From a virus (lineage: Duplodnaviria; Caudoviricetes), in IMG/VR virus record IMGVR_UViG_3300044991_002130, positions 1 through 64,000 of that record: a DNA stretch of 64,000 nt; one strand, 5' to 3'. The translations under genes and the position numbers were made by a program. Position 1 is the stretch's first letter. Each line of letters opens with the position of its first letter. Of this stretch, positions 56,896 to 64,000 are shown piece after piece. The notes below the pieces were generated by a model, which made no database searches, was not told the origin of the DNA, and saw nothing but the letters and a program-made list of their open reading frames with translations.

Positions 56896-57534
56896 ATGAG
56901 TAATAAACGTGTAATTGGGATAGGAGGCGTGGCAAGGGCTGGAAAAGACACCTTCGCCTCTATATTAACCAATCAATTGAAGGCGGCGGGAAAAACGGTA
57001 GATAGGTTTGCGTTTGCGGACGCATTGAAAGAGGACTGTGAGGCGTTTTGTGTAGAGAAACTCGGAGTGACCGCGTTCACGCAAATACCAGAGGAAAAGA
57101 TTTTAATTCGGCCATTGCTTGTTTGGTATGGCGATGCAAAAAGAAAGCAGACCAATGGAAGATATTGGGTAGATATTATAGATAAACAAGTGAAAGCGTC
57201 AACCGCCGATTTTTGTATTGTTACCGACGTTCGTTATGACTTCTACGAGCGTGATGAAATCAATTGGGTCAAACAAGAGTGTCATGGTCTTGTGGTGCAC
57301 GTGAGTCGGTGGAGCAGGCCGAGCATTCTAAATGCAATCGGGGATAGAACTTTGAGATACTATGTGCAACCAGCCAATGACCACGAAAAAGAGAATAACC
57401 CAAAGGTAAAAGCCAAAGCTGATCGCGTCGTTGAATGGGAAAACGTAGACGGTTTAACTATGGAACAACTGACATTTGCTCCGTCCCTAGTAGCCCACGT
57501 AGACGAGTTTATATTTAAATCCCGACTGGTTTAA
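56896..57534 (+). CDS. deoxynucleoside monophosphate kinase
   Basis: IGIGG.ARAGKDT, FADALK, R.LL, W, VTDVR..E. Confidence 0.85.
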   Translation: MSNKRVIGIGGVARAGKDTFASILTNQLKAAGKTVDRFAFADALKEDCEAFCVEKLGVTAFTQIPEEKILIRPLLVWYGDAKRKQTNGRYWVDIIDKQVKASTADFCIVTDVRYDFYERDEINWVKQECHGLVVHVSRWSRPSILNAIGDRTLRYYVQPANDHEKENNPKVKAKADRVVEWENVDGLTMEQLTFAPSLVAHVDEFIFKSRLV

Positions 57535-57962
57535 TCTTCGTCGGAATCTTCGTCGGAATCTTCTCCGTTGTCAAATTCCTCATTCAATTTTAAGAAATCT
57601 TGTTGTGTTAATTTTAAGTTGTGTATAATAGCGGTAATTAACATAGCAAGTTGACGGGTATCAAACTTTTGCGATTTAATACTTTGACAAAATTTTTCGG
57701 ATATTCCGATAATTTTTTTGTCAAGTTTTGCTCCACCCGACGGGTATATTATACCGGGGATAGGATTATTCGCATCGTGCATATCAGACAACTTATCCAG
57801 TTCCTCTTTGAGTAACTGATTATATTCGTCCTCACTCGCCGCGACTGTCTTTATTAATTTTTTCAACTCGTCTATATCATTTTTCTTGACAATCTTAGCA
57901 ACAGAGAAATTTTTTAGTATCCCGGATTGCTGCAAAACGTGGGTGTAAGTTTGATTTGACAT
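57531..57962 (-). CDS. hypothetical protein with acidic tail
   Basis: start set at MSNQTY; TATTTAT upstream. Confidence 0.6.
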   Translation of the reverse strand: MSNQTYTHVLQQSGILKNFSVAKIVKKNDIDELKKLIKTVAASEDEYNQLLKEELDKLSDMHDANNPIPGIIYPSGGAKLDKKIIGISEKFCQSIKSQKFDTRQLAMLITAIIHNLKLTQQDFLKLNEEFDNGEDSDEDSDED

Positions 57963-58037
57963 TATTATACTGTATTTAAGATAAATATAAACGTATTTCG
58001 TTTGACACCAAAGATTATCGGTATATTGTGATTGAAT

Positions 58038-59045
58038 ATGGCAACAGAAGAATTCCTCGTAGAAGACGCTGCAACTCCACCCGAACCTACAAAAGTAGTC
58101 GCGGAGAAGAAGCAAAAACATGTCAGTTTTAGCCAGTATGCTAAATGGTTGAAATGTCCCCAAGATTGGAAGTTGTCGTACATCGACAAACTTTCTCCGT
58201 ACGACTCAACCATACACACAGTATTTGGAACTGCCATTCATGGTGCGATTCAAGCGTATCTTAAGATTCTATATACTGTGGGAGCGCCGGAGGCGGATGA
58301 ATTTGATACAATTGGAGAGTTTAAGAAGGGATACAAGAAAGAACTACTGCAATTGAAGATTGCCACACCGGAACAAGAGAAGCTATCCGAAGAAGAATTG
58401 AAATCGCTGAAATTAGTGACTGAGGCAACCATATCAGAATTTGAATCGGACGGAAAAACGATACTCAATCACATGCTCGACTATTCCACCAGAACAAAAC
58501 ATTTCCCGTCCAAGCGATACGAACTGGTAGGCATTGAGCTTCCGTTGGAAATCCCACTGAGAAAATCAACTCTGTTATATAAAGGATTCTTGGATATTGT
58601 GCTCAAGGATAAACAGACCAACAAAATATTGATATTGGACTTTAAGACCTCAACCAATGGATGGAATAAGTACCAGAAGGTTGACCGAACCAAGATTGAC
58701 CAGCTATTGCTGTATAAACGGTTTTACAGCCAAACGTTCAAAGTTGCGATGGACGAGATAGAAGTTGAATTCTTTGTGCTTAAACGCAAGCTGATGGAGG
58801 ATGTGACGTTCCCACAACAACGCATTCAACGTATATCTCCACCGGACGGAAAAAAGAGCATGGCCGAAGTTGAGGCATCGTTTTTAGATTTTATAAAAAG
58901 TGGATTTGACGACCAAGGAAATTATAACAAAGACGGGGCGTTTCCTAAAACTCCCGGCAAAGCAAAAAAGAATTGTAAATATTGCTTTTTCAAGACCCAC
59001 AAGAATGAAAAGGGAGAATTGTATTGTAACGGAAAGGAAGGCTGA
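58038..59045 (+). CDS. PD-(D/E)xK exonuclease (RecB/Cas4-like)
   Basis: SFSQ...KCP, FGTAIH, GFLD, DFKTS, QL.LY, CKYC..C. Confidence 0.88.
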   Translation: MATEEFLVEDAATPPEPTKVVAEKKQKHVSFSQYAKWLKCPQDWKLSYIDKLSPYDSTIHTVFGTAIHGAIQAYLKILYTVGAPEADEFDTIGEFKKGYKKELLQLKIATPEQEKLSEEELKSLKLVTEATISEFESDGKTILNHMLDYSTRTKHFPSKRYELVGIELPLEIPLRKSTLLYKGFLDIVLKDKQTNKILILDFKTSTNGWNKYQKVDRTKIDQLLLYKRFYSQTFKVAMDEIEVEFFVLKRKLMEDVTFPQQRIQRISPPDGKKSMAEVEASFLDFIKSGFDDQGNYNKDGAFPKTPGKAKKNCKYCFFKTHKNEKGELYCNGKEG

Positions 59046-59046
59046 C

Positions 59047-59289
59047 ATGACCATCAATTACGGTATCATTGCATATACATTAAAGGGCGAAAAAGAATCA
59101 CCCACGCTATCAATTCTGCATTTTTGCGGATATGCGGAACCTCCCACACAAGCAGACATTGAATCGTTGTCCAAAGAATTAAACACCGACCCCGAATTTG
59201 GATTGGTAGGAAAGATTGGAACCGAGACATTTTTGATGGAAGCAACTCCCGATATTATAAAAAAGTTTAAAGAATTGCCGCCAGTTTGA
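59047..59289 (+). CDS. hypothetical protein
   Basis: HFCGY...P motif; 80 aa. Confidence 0.6.
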   Translation: MTINYGIIAYTLKGEKESPTLSILHFCGYAEPPTQADIESLSKELNTDPEFGLVGKIGTETFLMEATPDIIKKFKELPPV

Positions 59290-59346
59290 TTTTTATATAT
59301 ATGGAAAATCTAATTTCATATATATGTATATAGGAAATATCATACT

Positions 59347-59556
59347 ATGAAATTAAAATCAAATCACGAAACTAGCTTCACTTCCGTCCATGTGTTCAAG
59401 GACAAATATACCCTATTCAAAGAATCTGGTGTAAGTAGCGGAATGACGCTCCAAAAATTGGTCAATCGTTGCGTATATCTTTATATCAACGACCCCGAAT
59501 TCAAAAAGAAGGTAGACGGAGAATCTGCATTACAAAGCAGTGGATCAGCATTTTAA
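59347..59556 (+). CDS. small ribbon-helix-helix-like protein
   Basis: TSVHV....Y..FK......LQKLVNR pattern. Confidence 0.6.
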   Translation: MKLKSNHETSFTSVHVFKDKYTLFKESGVSSGMTLQKLVNRCVYLYINDPEFKKKVDGESALQSSGSAF

Positions 59557-59602
59557 TTATAAGTTGACAAACGCAAAAATTAAAGCATAATACGAAAATT
59601 AT

Positions 59603-61078
59603 ATGGTAAAAGATTATATTCCACAAAAAGATAGAAAAAAAATAATACTATTATGCGACGATTTGCGTATGCATTCTGGTATTGCCACAATGGCTAGAGA
59701 ATTTGTCACTGGTCTTGCTCATAAATATAATTGGGTACAATTGGCCGGAAGCGTTCAGCACCCAGACAAAGGTAAGATTTTTAATCTCGATGCCGCCACA
59801 AATGCAACCACCGGATTAACGGACTCTTATGTGCGACTATACCCTATTGATGGGTACGGCAACTCAGACGTATTAAATGAAGTTATAAAACTAGAAAACC
59901 CCGATGCTCTCCTACATTTTACAGACCCTAGATTCTGGATTTGGTTATATCAAATCGAGCGTGAGTTGCGTCAAAAGCTACCTATTGGCTTTTATAGTAT
60001 ATGGGACGACCTACCATATCCTATGTATAATAGACCTTATTATGAGAGTTGCGATTGGATAGGTTGTATCAGTAAGCAGACCGAGAATATCGTAAAGGGA
60101 GTTCTTGGCTCCAATCTAAACAAACCGACCACGGTGACTTATGTTCCACATGGAATGAACACGAAAATGTTCAGACCGCTCGTCACAGAGGCGGAGCTAA
60201 AGGAGCTTGATATAGTTAAGAAGCAAATTCTAAAGAAAGAATATAGCTACGTTATTTTCTATAATAATAGAAACATTCGTCGCAAGCAAACTTCCACGAT
60301 AATGTTGGCCTATCGCAATTTCTGCGATAACCTATCAAAAGAAGAAGCGGCCAAATGTGTGTTGCTCATGCATACACACCCGATAGATGAAGCTGGTACC
60401 GATCTGCTAGCAGTGAAGGAAGCATTTTGTAAAGAATATGACGTAGTATTTAGCACGGATAAGATTGCCCCGGAGCGGTTGAATCAATATTATAATATCG
60501 CAGACGTAACGGTAAATCTCTCCGACAATGAAGGATTTGGAATAGCCACAGCAGAAAGTCTTGCGGCTGGCACGCCGATTATAGTTTCTGTAACCGGGGG
60601 TTTGCAAGATCAATGCGGGTTTACAGACGCCAACGGTAAGCCAGTGGAATTCAATGAGAGTTGGGGCAGTAACCACGATGGTAGATATAAAAATCACGGT
60701 AAATGGGTAACCCCAATATATCCGGGAGCCAGAATGTTGCAAGGTAGCATTCCGACGCCATACATTATCGCAGACTACGCTAGATGGGAAGACTGCGCCG
60801 AAGCGATGATGTATTGGTATATCTTGGGCAGAGAAAAGCGTAAAGAATGCGGTGAGGCTGGACGTGATTGGCTGAGTGGAGATGGTGGATTAAGTTCCGA
60901 GAGCATGTGTGAAAAGATGGCGGACGGTCTAGACTCTATGATTGCAAACTGGAAAGGTCGCGAGAGATTTAATCTACATCGCCACGACGAGCACGTCGGA
61001 CATACTATGCCTAATAATCAACTCGGAATTATCTTGCCAAAGATAGATAAAGCTGTAGTATTGAGCAAATACAATTAA
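59603..61078 (+). CDS. glycosyltransferase family 4 (GT-B)
   Basis: YVPHG, NRNIRRK, NEGFG...AE.L.AGTP. Confidence 0.88.
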   Translation: MVKDYIPQKDRKKIILLCDDLRMHSGIATMAREFVTGLAHKYNWVQLAGSVQHPDKGKIFNLDAATNATTGLTDSYVRLYPIDGYGNSDVLNEVIKLENPDALLHFTDPRFWIWLYQIERELRQKLPIGFYSIWDDLPYPMYNRPYYESCDWIGCISKQTENIVKGVLGSNLNKPTTVTYVPHGMNTKMFRPLVTEAELKELDIVKKQILKKEYSYVIFYNNRNIRRKQTSTIMLAYRNFCDNLSKEEAAKCVLLMHTHPIDEAGTDLLAVKEAFCKEYDVVFSTDKIAPERLNQYYNIADVTVNLSDNEGFGIATAESLAAGTPIIVSVTGGLQDQCGFTDANGKPVEFNESWGSNHDGRYKNHGKWVTPIYPGARMLQGSIPTPYIIADYARWEDCAEAMMYWYILGREKRKECGEAGRDWLSGDGGLSSESMCEKMADGLDSMIANWKGRERFNLHRHDEHVGHTMPNNQLGIILPKIDKAVVLSKYN

Positions 61079-61084
61079 AGTAGT

Positions 61085-61438
61085 ATGAAACAACCAATGA
61101 TGAACGATGAAGAGTTTGCGACTATGATGCGGAAGCGCAAAATAGAATTTAAGGGGCCAAAATCCGAAATTTTGGACTACATGAACAAAACGTATCCATT
61201 GAAATCGACTCGACCAATGGAGATTGCGGCGGGAGACCGGTGGATTATTGATGATAACCTCACATACGAGAAACAGTTGGAGAACAACACTCGCAATATT
61301 GTGTTTCTGTTCTTTTTGGAATACGCGTCAATTAAGAAGTCTTCCGAGAATGAGGTGACGGAGACGTGGGACGTGGCGAGGGAATATATGCCGACCATAT
61401 CGCTCATGTTGCAATCGGTAATCGTGGAAATTGTTTAA
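61085..61438 (+). CDS. hypothetical protein
   Basis: 117-aa ORF. Confidence 0.6.
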   Translation: MKQPMMNDEEFATMMRKRKIEFKGPKSEILDYMNKTYPLKSTRPMEIAAGDRWIIDDNLTYEKQLENNTRNIVFLFFLEYASIKKSSENEVTETWDVAREYMPTISLMLQSVIVEIV

Positions 61439-61453
61439 TTAAATATAAATTGT

Positions 61454-61756
61454 ATGAAATCATCGACTAGAAGTGTTCCGGGGAGAATTAAAGAGTGGGT
61501 GATGGGAGTCTGGTGGAATATTAGATATTATAGATTGCGCAAGCGTTTCATTCGAAATGTAAATCATGTTGCCGGAACTGCACAATCCCCCATCACAATA
61601 AAAATGGTTGATGGACAACGGCACAGTGTGCGGACTTATGATGCAACCGCCGCAATCGGGTATAATCAACGGAAACAATGGTTGGACCAAGTTAGTAAGC
61701 GAGACCGAGAGCTTTCAGCGATAAGAGAAGAATACAATTCAAAGAACTTAAACTAA
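61454..61756 (+). CDS. hypothetical protein
   Basis: 100-aa ORF. Confidence 0.55.
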   Translation: MKSSTRSVPGRIKEWVMGVWWNIRYYRLRKRFIRNVNHVAGTAQSPITIKMVDGQRHSVRTYDATAAIGYNQRKQWLDQVSKRDRELSAIREEYNSKNLN

Positions 61757-61762
61757 AAAATT

Positions 61763-61954
61763 ATGTCAAAAACATTAACTAAAGACGAAGCAGAAGCAAA
61801 AGTATACGAGCTAACAAAACAGCTCGCCGAAATCAAGAAGGAAAAGAAGATGGCAAATGCCGATTTCAAGGACCGTATCAACGATGTTGAGGCGGAAATC
61901 GAAGCTGTCATTCAAGAACAAGAAGATCAGAATACTCCCGGCACGGCTCCATAA
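61763..61954 (+). CDS. small coiled-coil protein
   Basis: 63-aa ORF. Confidence 0.6.
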   Translation: MSKTLTKDEAEAKVYELTKQLAEIKKEKKMANADFKDRINDVEAEIEAVIQEQEDQNTPGTAP

Positions 61955-61957
61955 TAA

Positions 61958-62266
61958 ATGAAGAAAACGCCGTTTACGGACGATCAATTGAGGTATGCCG
62001 CCCGCTCCCGCTGTGAATGCGGAGCCGGGTTGGCGTATCCAAACAATCCCACAATGCGACAAATGAAAGAGTGGGAGAATGAAAACAGTCCATTTGCAAT
62101 GTGGAGTTTTTGGGACTGTTCGGATATATTAACGGGAAGAGCAATTCTAAAGGGACAAGAAGGATCAAAGATGCATACCGGTAGATTACCATTTGCATTT
62201 TATGAAATAAAGAGTGAAGACCAACTATCGGCTAATGGGACAACGACGCGACCAACGGGAAAGTAA
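61958..62266 (+). CDS. hypothetical protein with Cys/His motif
   Basis: RCECGAGLAYP..WDC..H. Confidence 0.6.
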   Translation: MKKTPFTDDQLRYAARSRCECGAGLAYPNNPTMRQMKEWENENSPFAMWSFWDCSDILTGRAILKGQEGSKMHTGRLPFAFYEIKSEDQLSANGTTTRPTGK

Positions 62267-62343
62267 AAAATACCAGAGTAATACTGCTTGACAAACAATC
62301 TAATGTATAGAATAATAACAGAAACAAATTCGAATATAAAACT

Positions 62344-63645
62344 ATGAGTAATGAAATAAAACCTGTATGCGTGATCCAAGGACCAGTGGCTTCTCGGAGT
62401 GGTTATGGCGACCACACTTTTTCTATTTGTGACGCATTAATCAACAGTAACAAGTTTGATGTAAAGATCATTCCTATGCGTTGGGGCGCATGCCCTAACA
62501 CAATGCTTGATGATGAAACTGTACCAATGGTAAAAGAAATCAAGAGAAGAATTATAAACAACTTGGCGACACAGCCAGAGTTATTTATTCAAGTATCTAT
62601 TCCCAACGAGTTCAAACCAATTGGAAAGTATAATATTGGCGTCACAGCTGGTATCGAAAGTACCGTACCAAAGGCCGAATGGATCGAGGGAATAAATCGC
62701 ATGAATTTAACAGTGGTTCCTTCAAACTTCACGAAGTCTGTGTTCTTAGATACTATCTATAATAAGAGACACGACAATGGACAGGAAGAAAAAATATCGG
62801 TCACGCGACCGATTGAAGTGGCATTCGAGGGAGTAGATACCTCGATATATAAGAAAACCTCAGAACCATCTCCAGAAATAGATATTGCAATCAATGCTAT
62901 TCCAGAAGATTTTTGTTATTTGTTCGTTGGACACTGGATTCAAGGTGAGCTAGGAGCGGACCGCAAAGATATTGGTATGTTGGTAAAGGTATTTAGTGAA
63001 GTATTCAAGAACAAAAAGAATAAGCCAGCATTGGTGTTGAAGACCAGCGGAGCTACATTCTCCAAGATGGATAAGGCGGAAATATTAAAGAAAATTGACG
63101 ACATTCGAAAGCCGTTGTCCGGAGATTTGCCCAACATATATTTGATTCATGGTGAGTTGACTCCCGGAGAATTGAATCGTTTATACAATCATCCGAAGAT
63201 TAAAAATCACGTGAGTTTCACTCACGGTGAAGGATTCGGGCGTCCATTGTTGGAATCCACTTTAAGTGGAAAGCCGCTATTGACTACCAATTGGAGCGGA
63301 CATGTGGATTTCTTGCCTCAAGACTTGGCAAATCTACTGCCGGGGACTCTTGGAAATATACCGCCTAGCGCATGCAATGAATGGCTGATAAAAGAGGCAA
63401 GATGGTTCAATGTGAACTATAGCGTTGCGGCACAAAAGTTGGAAGACATGTTCACTAATTATATTAACTATATTCCAAAGGCCGAGAAGCTGCGGCAACA
63501 AAACAGTGAAAAGTTTACACTTGAAGCAGGAAACGAAGTGTTCATGAACATTTTGAACAAGAACTTGCCGACATTTGAAAAGAAAGTGGCAATTACTCTT
63601 CCAAAGTTCAAGAAAATTACACCAACAGCACCAGTCACAGGATGA
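62344..63645 (+). CDS. glycosyltransferase family 4 (GT-B)
   Basis: SGYG, FVGHW, RKD, HGEGFGRPLLE, WSGH. Confidence 0.88.
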   Translation: MSNEIKPVCVIQGPVASRSGYGDHTFSICDALINSNKFDVKIIPMRWGACPNTMLDDETVPMVKEIKRRIINNLATQPELFIQVSIPNEFKPIGKYNIGVTAGIESTVPKAEWIEGINRMNLTVVPSNFTKSVFLDTIYNKRHDNGQEEKISVTRPIEVAFEGVDTSIYKKTSEPSPEIDIAINAIPEDFCYLFVGHWIQGELGADRKDIGMLVKVFSEVFKNKKNKPALVLKTSGATFSKMDKAEILKKIDDIRKPLSGDLPNIYLIHGELTPGELNRLYNHPKIKNHVSFTHGEGFGRPLLESTLSGKPLLTTNWSGHVDFLPQDLANLLPGTLGNIPPSACNEWLIKEARWFNVNYSVAAQKLEDMFTNYINYIPKAEKLRQQNSEKFTLEAGNEVFMNILNKNLPTFEKKVAITLPKFKKITPTAPVTG

Positions 63646-64000
63646 AAATCAGTTATTTAGTGACTGTTCACAACGAGACACTTGAGCTTCTTCAACTGAT
63701 TGAGAAGCTCAAGACTCATATCGACTTTGTTACTCCAAACGATGAAGTTGTTATATTGGACGATTTCTCCGACAATCCAGACACCATAAAAATTTTGGAT
63801 AAAGCAAAAAGTTATGGGTTCGCCGTGGTTCAACATGCACTAAACAAAAACTTTGCAGATCACAAGAACTATGGTAGTAAGCGTTGCGTGGGTGATTATA
63901 TTGTACAATGTGACGCAGACGAATATTTGTATCCGGTACTATTAAATAATATGCACGAGTTGATAGAGTCGAATCCAACGGTTGAATTGTATAGAGTTCC
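63642..64000 (+). CDS. glycosyltransferase family 2 (truncated by window end)
   Basis: MKISYLVTVHNE..VILDDFS..DYIVQCDADE. Confidence 0.85.
   Translation, partial: MKISYLVTVHNETLELLQLIEKLKTHIDFVTPNDEVVILDDFSDNPDTIKILDKAKSYGFAVVQHALNKNFADHKNYGSKRCVGDYIVQCDADEYLYPVLLNNMHELIESNPTVELYRV

Noticed and set aside
58038-59045. Cas4 as part of a CRISPR-Cas system
   Set aside because: No cas1/cas2 or array; stand-alone PD-(D/E)xK exonucleases are common in phage replication regions
1-64000. Alternative genetic code (TAG/TGA recoding)
   Set aside because: Long conserved genes are uninterrupted in code 11; only one suspicious TAG and no clear suppressor tRNA

Overview
This is a 64-kb segment of a large, AT-rich, T4-like (jumbo-type) bacteriophage genome that reads cleanly in the standard code. 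Left arm (1-17.9 kb): a glycosyl/methyltransferase cluster, family B DNA polymerase, sliding clamp, clamp loader, and RNA-repair and ADP-ribose-reversal enzymes. Centre (18-43.2 kb): a very large RNA-gene island with 46 tRNAs with readable anticodons (all 20 amino acids), several non-canonical tRNA-like genes, an RNase P RNA, and about 20 unexplained stem-closed ncRNA cassettes, interleaved with probable late/virion genes. Right arm: tmRNA, UvsE, a second RNA ligase, HNH nucleases, dNMP kinase, an exonuclease and GT4/GT2 glycosyltransferases. The most notable observations are: (1) an ncRNA in the tRNA array that reproduces the 23S rRNA L11-binding/GTPase-associated centre (H43-H44) around a ~200-nt structured insert; (2) a codon-diverse leader peptide with mutually exclusive terminator/antiterminator pairing just ahead of the RNA island; (3) a twin-arginine mini-protein carrying two major-capsid-protein motifs; (4) D-armless or arm-displaced tRNAs. 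All calls come from manual motif and pairing inspection; no database search or folding program was run.
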